Assembly: GCA_963693365.1 (NCBI GenBank)
Contig: CAVNZM010000001.1
Coordinates: forward strand, 2,744,907 to 2,808,906
From: Amoebidium appalachense
Taxonomy: Eukaryota > Protista > Ichthyosporea
Direction of reading: 5' to 3'
DNA length: 64,000 bases
Part shown: piece after piece, positions 1 to 14,091 of the stretch
Numbering within the stretch: the stretch's first letter is position 1
Layout: each line of letters opens with the position of its first letter
Notes under the pieces: generated by a model
Database searches by the model: none
Told to the model about the DNA's origin: nothing
Seen by the model: the letters and a program-made list of their open reading frames with translations, nothing else
Program-made: the position numbers and the translations under genes

Positions 1-523
1 CGTGAAACTTGGCGCCAGGTCAGGCGACCGATCTAGGGAGTTACATATTAGACAAAAAAGGCAAGATACGCAAAGAGCAGAGTATTTTGTGATGCTGAGA
101 AAGTTGAACAAAGGGGGGTCATACTCGTCCATATGTGCCTTTTTCAAGGGGTTTAATAAGAAATTATCACCATCAACTGTACATTTGAATTTTATTCAGC
201 TGAACACCTTACTCGAGAAAGTCAGGGCTGGCGCGGAGAGGCTCACTTGAAAAGTTTGTTTATCAACCTTTTTTTTTTTTGGTTGAGTCTGGGCAGTGGC
301 TTGGGCTTTCGGGGAACCATTACTGTAGGGTCACGAGAATCTTTCATACAGAACCAGGCTTAATATAGCCGCTACAAGTAATCTTTCATGGTTAGGTAGG
401 CCACCATTGGACCAACCAGCCGGTGTTGAACGTTGCCAGGTATAGCGTAAAGACGGCTGTTACCTTAGTCTTGGCGGAAACTCTGCTGGCTTTCGGTGCG
501 TGAATAGTGGAGGAAGGTTCGGA

Positions 524-602
524 ATGGCGGGGTTTGACATGGGTTTCGACCTGCCCAAGGCGGGTGTACAGTTAACATCAGCCGAGAATGCAGTACGTCA
601 AG

Positions 603-649
<47 letters not shown>

Positions 650-3600
650 TTTCTCCCCCCTCCTTCCCAGCCCCTGGTGTACACCCTCTTTCCTGTTGCT
701 GTCCTCAGCTGTACACTGAAAAATTTCAGAGTTTGATGTTCTCTGCATGTAACCCTGTTGTTATGGCGTCTCTGTTAAAAACGCCTCGCATCCCCCTGGG
801 CAAGACACAGGCACATGGTTGTGGATGGGTTCATCCCTGCGTGTGCTTATTTGTAAGGAGGCGCCTGTGTTTGTTCATGTTAATGCACCACATAGGATAT
901 GGAGTCTGTGCACGTACAGGCATGGAGCGTGTGTGCGCGGGGCGGGCGGGGGGGAGGGGGGTGGGGGGGGTGGGGCGGGTGAACGGGGGGGGGGAGGGGG
1001 GGGGGGAGGGGGGGGGGGGGGGGGGGCAAGAGGGGGAGGGGAGCAGGTAGGGAGGGAGGGAAGATGGGGTCAGTGATGCATGTGCTGTGTGGGCTGTGTG
1101 TGTGCGTGTGTGCGTGCGCGTGCGCACTTGCGCATGTGTGTTACGTATGTGGTGTGCGCGTATTCTGTGTTTACACACAACTTCTTGATGGTCGGGATGC
1201 TATGGTCGGGATGCTATTGTTTATGAAGGAAACAGCTTGGGATGTGTGTACACCAAGATTTTACGAGGGAGCATTTGGATTATTGTTTGCGGTGGTGCTG
1301 GTGGTGGTGGCGGCATTGGGCAGGTGGGGTGGCAATTGGCAAGTATGCAGACATGAGCAAAAGGTTCGGCCACTAAATTCACAAGCCAGAGGCTCTCTTG
1401 CTTAAGCAACTTGGCACATATACACCCAAGAACGCTTGTGTATAATAGTTTTCCTGCCGTGATCTATATACACCAGGGAACGCTTGTGCGTAATGGTTTT
1501 CCTGTCGTGATCCATATACACCCAGGAACGCCTGTGTATGAAGGTTTTCCTGTCGTGATTCTGTTTTTCTTCCTTGCAGGTGTATCAAGCGATATACAAC
1601 GAAGCCGATCCAGCAGGCACGGGGAAGGTGTCCGGGTCCACTGCTGTTCCCATCCTCAGCAGAGCAAGCCTGCCACGGCCGGTTTTGCAAAAGGTTTGGG
1701 TTTGTGGGCGCTTGCGGAATATATATGCTCCCCCCCTACTCAATGTGTGGTTTGCACTCTGCATCATGTTGTCCGTTCTTTATGTGTACTTCGTACTTTA
1801 TGGCTGATTCAACGCCCCCCCCTCCCCTCCCCCGCTCCACCCCCTCCCCCTCCCCTGGGTCCTCCTCTCATTCCTGTGCCCCCATCCACGCACACTGCCC
1901 ACCTTCTTTTTAAACACCGATTTTTAACGTTCTCCCCCCCCCCCCCCCCCTCCCCCCCCCCGCCCGGCCCCCCGTCCCAACACAGTCGTGAATGTGTATT
2001 CTGTAACACATTTACCCCCCCCCCCCCCCCCCCCCCCAAAGCAACCACCATCACCACCAAGAAAAGAAAGAAAACCTAACTAAGAACAACCACAAACCCC
2101 AATTCCTTCGTTAAAGGAAGCTCGGCACCACCCAGATTCTTCCCCCAAACCCACCCATCCAGCCAAGCCGCGGCGTTTGGTTCCAAACACTTCTCCCTCT
2201 CATTGTTGTGGTGGTGCAGCTTACACATGAGCACACCTAGGGTAATCTTAGAAAAAGAATGGCAAAGACGGAAGTTCTTTGATTGGCTGAGGAAGGGATT
2301 GCAAGAACAATCTGCTGCTAAGAGCAGACACGGCAGGCCGAAAGAAATAGCAAAAATTAGGAAGGAGAGTATGTGGAGTTTTTTGGGTCGTTGATACTTG
2401 TGTTTGTGCAGGTACCTCTCTCAAAAGATGCTGTTGTTTCCGTACCTTTGGGGAGAGAGATATACCCGGGGGAGGGGGGAGGGGAGAGGGGAGGGAGGGC
2501 GGATGAACCTATGCTCATTTTCCCTTTCTGGTGTGCAGATATGGGAGATGACCGACACCAAGAAGGTTGGTTTTCTCAATCAGCAGCAATTTTTTGCTGC
2601 CCTCAAGCTGGTGGCCCTGGCCCAATCAGGTCGCGAGCTCAGCCTGGCTGCAATCAACACCCCGGGGCTGCCCCTTCCTAATTTGGGTCAGCAGTCGGGA
2701 GGAGGGTCGGCCGCACCGGTGGGGAAGGTTGGGAGTGGTGGGTTGGTGGGGTGGGCGGTGAGTGGGACGGACAAGATGCAGTACGACCAGCTGTTCAACC
2801 AGCTGCAGCCGGTCAACGGCATGATATCTGGTGCCGTGGCAAAGGAGGTACATACCCCCCCCCCCCCCCCCCTGATATGTGTTTCCTTCTCCCTTCCCCC
2901 CCCCCCCCCCCCCCCCCCGACGTTCTTTGTGTAGGGCCTTCCGCCCTCTCCTCCCGGCCCACACACACACACCAAGAAAAAGATTTAAACGTTGCCGGCC
3001 TCCTGAGTGCTTATGTGCACGTGATTTCCGCTGTGTTCTGTATCCCCCCCCCCTCCCTTGGTCCCATGTCCCTACACACGCACGCACATACACACCTCGT
3101 TTTGCCTGCTCTTATCACCTCTCATTTTTTTTTATGTGGTTTGGATGTTGAGCAAGCTGTAGCCTAAAGAGGAGTCAACTCGAGATGAGGCCAACACTCC
3201 CAGGCGTGACTATTGACACATACGAATCACACCAGTTCTCATCTGTGTGAACTACGATGGATTATACCCCACACGGGCTAACACGAGTTCCCTGCAGCAA
3301 TTGATGAAGACACAGTTGCCCGTACAGCAGCTGGCCCAGATTTGGGAGCTGTCAGGTGGGTGGCTCAATTGATTTTGGATTGCTGTTTTTGGTTGATTCA
3401 CACGTGCATGTCGGCATTATGAGGTTTGTCTGGGTTTGTCGTGTTTTTTCCGCCAATATGGTATCTGCATGACGTCATTATGATGTCAGACAAACGGGGA
3501 TTGATTACGATGTTGTCTATCTATGCTGGTTGTGTTTTTTGTGCGTATAGAGACCGTCACGACGAAGTCATCAGCAAATTCACATACACACATGCAGTCG

Positions 3601-3669
3601 CACACACACTGCACGCACCTGCACACGCGCACACACTCACACGCACACGGACCCACCCACCCACCCACC

Positions 3670-3705
<36 letters not shown>

Positions 3706-5131
3706 AGTATACACACACACACACACACACAAGAACCCCCCCTTCCCCCCCCCCCACACACGTGCACATGCACGTACGTGCCTATCCATACTTGCACACC
3801 ATACACCTACACCATTCTTGCGCCTACAGACGTGACCAAGGACGGCAAGCTAGATGCGGAGGAATTTGCTGTGGCCATGCACCTGGTCAAGGAGGCACGG
3901 GCAGGCAGGCCTCTGCCTGCAAAGCTACCCCTAGACCTCATTCCCCCCTCGCAACGGGTACCAATGCCCCCCCGCCCCCCCCCCCCCCCTCCCCCCTTCC
4001 CCTTGAAACAGTATCTGAGTTGGGTTTCGTTAACGAGGTGAATAGGTCGAAACTCGGGTACTGTGGATGACGTGGGCCCCCCCTGAGGATGGGCTCTGCT
4101 TATTATGCATACTCTTTATGTATGGCTTGCATTCTGCATTGTGTTATCCGTTTGTTCTTGTGTACTTCGTACTTTATGGCGCATTCAAACCCCCCTTCCC
4201 CTTGAAAGAAAACAAAACCACAAAACCGAAAACTCTTGTTTGTGCAGGTATAGGAAGCCACTTTGATAGTCGTCTTTCTCAAAGTCTCTCTTGCCTGTGC
4301 ACCTCTTATCGTGGCGTACCGGGGTTATGCTGTGTTCTGTGCCTCACTTTGCTTTCTTTCGCCTTTTACCCTCTAATGCATATGCCATCCCCTTCCTGCC
4401 GGTTCCTGTCTGCATCTTAGTGCCGTATAATAATCCTCACATGCGCTTTTGTGGGAATTTGTGTGGGAGGGAAGAAAGCTGCGACAGTGTGCTGCTGTTA
4501 AAGAAAAGAAAGTTGGTGGCGCAGGAGAGAACGGACGAACGGATGGTAGTAATACCTCCACACATGTCCTGAGCACAGAGCTACGAATATGTGCATGTAC
4601 GTATATATTGTGGCTGAGTTTGGGGCGGAAAGGAGGGTGGGGGGGGGGGAAAGAGAGAGGGAGAGGGAGGGAGGATGGAGGGGTGGATAGAGTGAGAGAG
4701 AGAGAGTGGATGAAAGGGAGGGAGGGATGGCAAGAGAGGGAGGGGGGGAGAGGGGGGATGGAGCGAGCAAGCAAGAGAGAGAGAGAGAGAGAGAAAGAGA
4801 GAGCCTGTGTGTATGTGTGAATGTGTGTGTGTGCATGTGTGTGTGTCTGTGCCAGAGAGATGCATCCCCCCCTCCCCATCCCCTTTCTCCCCCTCATGAG
4901 TGCTGACATTTCTTATGTTTGCACACATGCAGGCAGGGGGTGCAGCAGCAGCCACTGTGGGCAGTCCAGCGCCGGCCAGTGGCAGCACATCACCCAGTGG
5001 GGGCTCATGGGTGGTGCCTGTGGTCGAGAAGCTGCATCACTACCAGGTCTTCAAGCAGGCGGACAGGGACGGAGATGGGAAGGTCACAGGTGTGTGTGTG
5101 TGTGTGTGTGTGTGTGTTGGGGGGGGGGGGG

Positions 5132-5164
<33 letters not shown>

Positions 5165-5435
5165 AGGGGGGGGGGGGGGGGGGGTGCCTGGTGTGTTGCA
5201 GTAGGCGTACAGGGATCGGGACGGCAGGATCACAGGTGGGTGGGTGGGTGAGTGGTTGGGTGGGTGTAGATGGATGGGTGAATGTGGGTGGGCAAATGTG
5301 CGGGTGGATGGGGGTGGGTGGGTGGGCAGGTGGGCAGGTGGATGGTGCGGCTGGGCAGACGGGTGGGTAAATGTGGGTGAGTGGGTCCGAGAAGTATTGA
5401 GACCGATGCATCAGCACATACAAATTCTCCTCTAG

Positions 5436-5478
<43 letters not shown>

Positions 5479-6049
5479 TTCTTTCCTCCTAAATTATCGT
5501 CCCTTTGAAATATAAATGCACACACAGGTAACTGAAGCACATGTTACACAGGGGAGGACGTCAAGCCCATCTTCCAGCAGTCCAACCTTCCTCAGCCGAT
5601 CCTAGCGCAGATCTGGAACCTTGTGGACTTTGAGAAGTGCGGCCGGTTGGATGACGACCAGTTTGCCCTGGCCATGTACCTCGTCACACGCAAGCAAAAA
5701 GGTAGCGAAAAGAAAGAAAGTCAGAGAGAGGGGTAGAATAGAAGAAGACGTGGACACAAGCAAAACGGTCTTTGCAATTTAACCCCAACCCCCACCAGAA
5801 AAGAGGGGAGGGGGAAAGGGGGGGTTTGAGGGGGGGGGGAGGGGGGGGACTTGAAAAGTAAAGAGAGAAGAGATGCACACCCACACACATGTTCCCGTTG
5901 GTGCACAATCTTGTTTGTGCTGCAAAGTGATACCCCTGTGTCTTAACTGTCTGTATGTAGTGTGTTGGCCTCCCTCCCCTCCCCTCCCCCCCCTCCCTCC
6001 GTCCTTCTTCTACCCCTACTCCTTCCCGTTCTGCCCCTGTTCCCTTCTC

Positions 6050-6082
<33 letters not shown>

Positions 6083-6774
6083 TCTTCCTTTGCCCCTTTC
6101 CCCCTTGTTGCTTTTCCTTTCGTGTTCCTTTTTTCATTTCTGTATTGTTTAAAGCCACATTGAACCTTTTATGTTGTCCTGTAGCAAACCTCCCCCCCCC
6201 CCCCCCTCCCCCCTTCGCACCTCTCTTACACCTACCTGTTCCCGTTCCCGTTCCTTTCCCGTTCCCTTCCCGACAGCCCCCTCCCCCCCCTCCCCCCCCC
6301 CCCCTCCCCCCCTCCCCTCCCCCCCCCCCCCCCCCCCCCTTCCCCCGGTTTGTTTTCTTTTTTGTGTCATTTTGCATTTTGGTATTGCTTTAGCGCATGG
6401 TGTATCTTTTAACGTTGTCTTGTAGCATCCCCCCTCCCCCTTCCCGTTCCGTTACTCTACCTTCCATCCAAGCACCCTCCGTAACCAACACCTAAGCACA
6501 CCCCGTTTCTTTGTGCAAACACCACCTCACACTTTTTCTGTCTGCAGGCACGGATGTGCCGTCCCAGCTGACCCCCGACATGGTGCCCCCCTCCTGGCGC
6601 AGCCGCCTGCCCCCAGCCCTGGCTGCACAGCTGGCGGCCATGCCTGCACCAAGATCTATGTCCCCGGTACAGTCCGATGCGATCTCACCTTGCACACACA
6701 AGTACAAACATGCACACACACACACACACACACACACAAAAACACACGCACAGACACATACACTTTGTGTACAC

Positions 6775-6859
<85 letters not shown>

Positions 6860-8371
6860 TACTGTGTGTACACGTGTGCACGCACACACACACACACACA
6901 CTCACTCACACACACACACACATGCATGCACGCGCGCGGGCACCCACACATACACATATGGACACACACACACATACACACAAACACGCGTCCTTGTGAT
7001 CCCCGTTCCCCCTCTAGACAGGCTTGCAGATGCACATGCACACGATTAAGTTAGCTTCACCTTTCTAAGCAGCATTCTCTATGAAAAGCCGCCACCATTT
7101 ATCCCACTGTGCTCCCTCTCCCTCCCCCCCTCCCCCACCTCCCCCTTCCTCCCGTTGCCCTGGTGTTTGTCCTGACCCCACTCTCTCTTCGTTCCCCCTT
7201 CCCCTCCCCTTGTTGTGACTTTTCTCCTCTCATAAAATTCCTCTCCACCTCATGCAGACACTAAAAAGATCTGAATTGCCGCTGTTTTGACACCAACACA
7301 GCGTTGCTCTAACCGTTTTTTCCTAATTCATTTTTTCTTTTTTTTTTTTAGGTCGGTGTCCCACTCCCCACTGCCGTCTCCCCCAGTATTGTCCCAGTTG
7401 CCTCCACACCCATGGGTGTAGGGGGCCTTGGTGGGGGTGCAATGGGTGGGGGCATGGGTGGCCCCATAGTACCCCCCATGGGCATGGCTGGGATGGGCAA
7501 CTTTGGCCTGATGGGCTCAACCCTGGACATGATTAGCAAGGAGGTGGTCGAGCTAGGTATGTTTACCTCCTCCTCCTCCCACCCCACCCCCCCTCCCCCC
7601 CATTTTATGTGCTCTCAGCTCTATGAAACAATGACCACAGCTATCATTACTGCGCCCCCCCCCCCCCCCCCCCCCCCTCCCCCCTCCCCCCCTCCCCCCT
7701 CTTCCCCTTGCCCCTGTTCCCTCCCCCATTTTCCCACCCAACCCTCGAATGCACACGTCAAGGGGCATGTAGGCACAAACACGCATGGAAACATTTAAAA
7801 ATGGCAATGCACCAACTGAGACCCGTATGCCGTGGCAATGTTTTCCAATGCTCTTCGTTAGGTTCTGCATGACCGAACATGCATGTTTCGAGGTTGCAGA
7901 GAGCATTTGTTAACGACAGTGTCGGCATGTCTCGACCGCATACTTTTACGACCTGAAAAAGATAGTGCCTAAAATAGCACAGTGGCCAATGATGGGCAAA
8001 CCCAACCCTTGTGCTCAGGAACACCGGCAGTCACCAGTGTAGTTGGAAATAGCCGATAGATGACGTTTGCGCTGACATCAATATTGCACGGCATTGACGT
8101 CTCTTTACGCCACTGTGAGGAACACCACTATAGACCTTAAGCAGCAACATAGCATGAATGAAGACCACCAGTGGGAGGATTGATTCCAAACTAAGTCGTT
8201 CCCATCATGCAGAACGCAAGAAAGCAGAGCTGGAAGCAGAAATCAAGCGGAAAGAGGCCCTTGTGGAGCAGCGAACAAAGGAGGTGGGTGCACGGTCGAG
8301 ATGGTTGTGTTGTGGGTGTGGGTGTAGGGGTGGGGGGGGGGGGGGGGGTGCGTGTGTACGTGCGGCGTGAA

Positions 8372-8402
<31 letters not shown>

Positions 8403-8507
8403 TGTATTTGTTAGGGAAAAGTTCGGGTGGTGGTGTGCTTTTTTTTTGGGGGGGGGGGGGGGGGAAGGGGGGGGGGAGGGGCAATTAACATTGCCGTTGC
8501 CCTGCGG

Positions 8508-8571
<64 letters not shown>

Positions 8572-8681
8572 CGTGTGTGTGGCGTGTAATGTGTGGCGTG
8601 TAATGTGTGTTTGTGTGCACGCATGTGTGCCTGTTAGGGGAAAGCTGGGGTGAGGTTTTTTTTTTCCCTTTGTGTGTGCGT

Positions 8682-8728
<47 letters not shown>

Positions 8729-9605
8729 AGGGGGAAGAAGGGGGGGCGGGCGTCCGCAAGTAGCATCGTCGTTGTCTTTGAGAGATCAAGTCAGCAAGGG
8801 AAGGAATGGCATGGCATCGCTTATTAGGGGGGGGGGGGGGGGGGGTTGAGCAGGTGTTATACCAAAGTGAATGAACATGCATTAGGGCGTGTTTGGCAGC
8901 GCACTTATATCGTCTTTTCATCGTATTCGTCTTTTAATATGTGTCCTGCCAAACGCGCCACAGGTTTCGATTTACGCTAAAGACGATGGACATAGCTCTA
9001 AATACGTATTTTCGAAAATCACGTCCGGAGGTGATTTTCGAAATGACGAAATAACTTTAAGCCAATTGAATCTTCTCTAACCATTAATTTACTATTCGTC
9101 GATCAAGTGCCAATCGAATCGCCCCTAGTCATTCTAATTTACTATTCGTCGAAGAAGGACCAATGAAATCGTGCACGAGATGACATTTCGCATACTTATC
9201 GCTTGACCGCTCCTCGTGGCCGGCGCGCCGGGCGCGGGCTGCTCTACGCCACACAAAAGTCATGCAAGGTGTGACGGAAAAAACCAGCTTGGCTATAGGC
9301 TAGCTATGTTATTTGGAAAAAGCATGCCTGCAAACACTGTTGCTGTACGCGTAAGACCATGGCAGTCAACGCGACCGCAAGGTTTGCAAGCGATGTTGTA
9401 CCGGCGTGCGAGCTGGTGCGTGTTTAGGCGTGTTTGGTACGCCATAATCGTATTTCAGCCCTAAATACGCATACCACAAAATAATTTTAATTAATCATCT
9501 TTTTGCCCTAAATACGAATACGCTTTTTGGGGGGCTGCCAAACACGCCCTTAGATTGGCGGCGTGGCCTTTACAACCTGAGGTTTTGGTCGTTTTTTTTT
9601 TGTTT

Positions 9606-9636
<31 letters not shown>

Positions 9637-10122
9637 GGTTCTTTTGCTTTTGGGCCGAGGGGGGGAGGGGGGGGGGGGGGGGGGGTCTCGATGTCTGGTT
9701 ATGGGGATACTAAAAGGTGATTCATTCGGATAGCATATATTGCACTAGCAATGTATGTGTGCTACCTTGTATCAAATTCTGTTACCGTGTCGGGTCGGTT
9801 CGGGCAAATGCGACCCTGCAATTTAAATGACTCGTATGACTTGCAGGTGGGGACGCTTGAGACGGAGCTTCAGACGGTGCAGACTGGGTGGGCCGAGGCC
9901 AACAAGAACAAGCAGGACCTGCAGACTAAACTGGCCCTGCTGGAGAAGAAATACACAGAGTACCAGTCGGCTCAGAGGTCACTCAAGGAGGTGTGTTTGG
10001 GGGCGGGTTGGGGTGGGGGTGGGGGATGGGAAGATAGTGTGTGTGTGTGTTTGTGCGTGAGGGCGGTGGTTATCCGGTTTTTTCCTGTTTTCTTCTACCA
10101 CGGCATGAGCAACATCCGAAAT

Positions 10123-10166
<44 letters not shown>

Positions 10167-10548
10167 CGAGCATACATGTAGTTGCAACCCACCATTACTA
10201 TGATTCCCGGCCCCATGCATGGCACCATCACTTTTTCAACACAGCCATTAACACCGCCCACAGAAATACGAGAAGGAGAATGCAGCCATAGCCACCCTGC
10301 AGCAGCAGATAGCGGCACAGAGCAGCACGGTCAAGGCCCAGGAGGACGAGGTCAGAAAGGCCCAGGAGGAGATCAACAGCCTCAAGGACAGGCAGACACA
10401 GGTGTGTGTGGGTGGGGGTGTGGGTGGGTGGTTTGGGGGGGGGGGGGGGGAGTGGGGGGAGGAGGGAAGGTGGGTGGGTGGGTGGGTGGTGAGGTGGTGG
10501 TGGTGGGGGTGGTGGGGGGGGGGGGGGGGGGGGGGAGGCGAAGGGGAG

Positions 10549-10615
<67 letters not shown>

Positions 10616-11711
10616 GCGTGCACTTGCATGGTTGTGCGCACGTGTTCTCGTGCATGCTTGCTTGCATACATGGACATGTATGTTTGGAACACCCACCTCT
10701 CTTCATTCCCTTTCTTCTCGCGCACAACAAGTCACAGAGACCACACAGCCACCCCTTTTTACAGATATTCATTATCCCAAAATAACCCCACCGGAGCTAT
10801 AGTGTGGACCAAACCAGACTCCTAACACACAATTCACCACCCTCTCGTTTTTCTTTCCCTTCCTTCCTCTTTCCCCCCCCTCATCGCCCCAAAGCCCCCA
10901 TGCCGCAATCCCGCACCCCCCTCCTTTTTCTTTTCCTTCCCTCTTCTTTCTTTCGGTTTTTCTTTCCTTTTTTTTTTTGCTTCTTTGTACAACCACACAG
11001 CTCAAGGAGAACGTGGAAGCCAACTACAAGGAGCTAGACCGGATAGCAGCGCTGGTCAAGACCACACATGCCGAGATCACAGAGATTAAGCGGCTGATGG
11101 TCGAGGAGGAGCTGGCTGCTGAGAGGACTCAGAGGATGCTGGAGCAGGAGAAGATGATGCTGGTGGGGGGGGGGGGGGGGGGGGGGGGGGGTGATATGAG
11201 TGTGATGTGGGAACGTGGGAAGGAGGAGGGAGAAGATGGAGGGATGGAGGTAGAGAGGTGGAGAGGGTGAGGGAGAATGATTTAGAAGGAGAGGGAGAGG
11301 GATGAGGGGAACGAATTGATTTGTTATTCAGATTTCTTTTGGCAAGAGGGAAGAGCATGCACTAGAGTTTGGGTAACAAGTGGGGGAGGAAGGGAAGTTG
11401 ATGAAAGGGAGAAAACGAGAAGAATGAAAAGGGGGGGAAACAAGAAGAGTGTCGTTTCTACGCATCCCTTTGTGTGCATGTGCATGTCGTTTTAATCACT
11501 ACCCCGCAATTCTTTGTTATATACCTGTGTGTTCCGTGCCGCCTATATCACATTCTTCTTCCTCCTCCGGCCGATTCCCCCGCCACCACCGACTTGCACA
11601 TACACCCCAATTTGAAAATTCCTTTTGGACTCTGTACCCTTACGTTTGGTTTTGTGTGAACACTTACCAAAGAGAAGGAAACCCCGGTTGGCCGCTACTC
11701 TGGGGGAAGAA

Positions 11712-11745
<34 letters not shown>

Positions 11746-11882
11746 CTGGCTGCAGATGTGTGCTGACGGGGTGATTGCACAGAACTCTGCAACATCCAAG
11801 GCAGGTCTGCCCGCTATGGATATAGCATGTAAGATCCCCTCCCCTTCCCACTCTTCATCGTTTAACGAATTCTTGAACCTCC

Positions 11883-11927
<45 letters not shown>

Positions 11928-12462
11928 TACCCATGGGCATGCTCCCCCCTCAAGGGGTACCTCTGATGGTGTGTCTGTTAACCACTTTCTGTGTGTCGGG
12001 CGGAGGTGTTGATTGTTGGTGTCTTCCATTTAATTACGGGGAAATTGGATCGAAATGACTGGATGGAGGCACCTGCAAATCCGATAACACTGGTAATTGT
12101 CTTATTTATCATGATCAAGCCCAACGACCTTATCGTGCAGTCTTCTGATATGCACGTGTTTCAGAATACATGTGACAAAAGTGGGTGCATGGAATGCAAC
12201 AACATTCTTCGTGAAACTACAAACTGCACGAGCTCACTCTATTTGGAAACTCTTGCCACTTCTCTGGCCGTTGTTTCCTCCCCCTCCCCCTCCCTGTTAT
12301 CTGCACCTTACCCGTCAATCTTCTTCTTTCTTCTTTTGTTTGTGAGCCTTGGATGGTGCGGCGACATTCCACATTTAGTTTTGACGTTTCTCTCCCCGCA
12401 GCGGATGCTGGCCGGCCACAAAGACCACTCTCAATGGTAAGTATTTTTATCTCCCCCCCCCC

Positions 12463-12525
<63 letters not shown>

Positions 12526-13697
12526 ACGCACACGCACACGCACACGCACACGCACACGCACACGCACACACACACACATGCACACACACACACGCACGCA
12601 CACACGGACGCACGCACGCACAACACACATTCATGGTGGTTTCTGCCTTCAAACTTGCACGTTTGTTTTGGTCATCTTAAACGTATTTCTAACCTGTTCC
12701 CCACCTCCACCCACCATGCATCTCCTCCCCCCCCCCCCCCCCTCCCCCCTCCCCTTCCCCTCCGGTTCTCTGACTTTTGCCGTCTGATTACCTGCGCGCT
12801 TACTGTCGCACACTTTATTTCTCCATCCATAAATGCAAGCCTACTGGCTAGTGTGTTCACTAGCAGTATTCCATACCCTATCTTGACCTTTCATACTACA
12901 ACCACCCACCCAACATGACAGGGACGGACGATCACACACAAGTGCACATACGCTCGTACGTGCGCGCACAAACACATACACGCGCCCACACAACATGAAT
13001 CTTCTTTTGAATCAAATACTCTTGTGTACGAGTCACTCACCATCGAACTGACTGTCGCCACTTCAGGTTGGTGGCCCCACGTACACCCCGATGGGAGGTT
13101 CGTACCCCCCCCCCCCCCCCCCCCCCTAACCCCCATCCCACCCCCTCACACCCGAAAGGCCACGGAGGCACTAAATGAAAGAGTAATTTTGCACGTGTGA
13201 ACACCAACAACTCTTATGCAGCTTGGTGTTCTGTGTTATTTACCTGTGTTCTTGCACTTTATACCCTGTAATTCACTGCACCAAGCCATCTTACTCCTAA
13301 AAAGAGATAACAAAACATGGGGGGCGGCAGAACACACGTACGTACATGCCTGGGTCTGACGTGTGTTACCGTTGGTCTCAGGGTGTGTTTTTATTGGTGT
13401 CAAGAGTGTGGTCTTGACGCAAAAATGTTCGGTTGCAAACAGCTGAAGCCTACACGAACATTGGACATGCACACACATCGGATATTGGATTAGTGGATGT
13501 GTGTGGTTATCTTCCCCTATTCGTCATTGTACCAGTAGTTAGACATTGGCCCATTCTCGTGGTGGTGCTCACGCTTGTGAAGGTGTTTGTGGTTTGGTGA
13601 TCCGAATGCACAAGACCCCTATACGTGCATTTCAAACTTACACCACTCCCCCCCCCCCCCCCCCCCCTCCCCCCCCTCCCTCCTCCCCCGGCTCACG

Positions 13698-13767
<70 letters not shown>

Positions 13768-14038
13768 CACGCACACACTCACACTCACACACACACGCAC
13801 GCACGCACGCACGCACTCACACACACACAAAAAAAAAAAAAATCAAAAAAAACCTACACGCGCACAGGCACTAGGCCCATACCAGCACCAGCCAAGGTCA
13901 GCACATCTGCCGGGGGAGCCTCTCTCTTCCACGACCCCTTTGCCCACCGTGCACTCCCCACGGCCCAGCCCTTCCGGCCCAGCACACAGGTGCCCCAGCC
14001 AAAGGTCGACCTGCCTGCTCCACCAAAACCAGTCTCGG

Positions 14039-14091
<53 letters not shown>

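Noticed and set aside
2-250. 82-aa + ORF and an overlapping open minus frame at the window start
   Set aside because: No recognisable motif, truncated context, and both strands are equally plausible.
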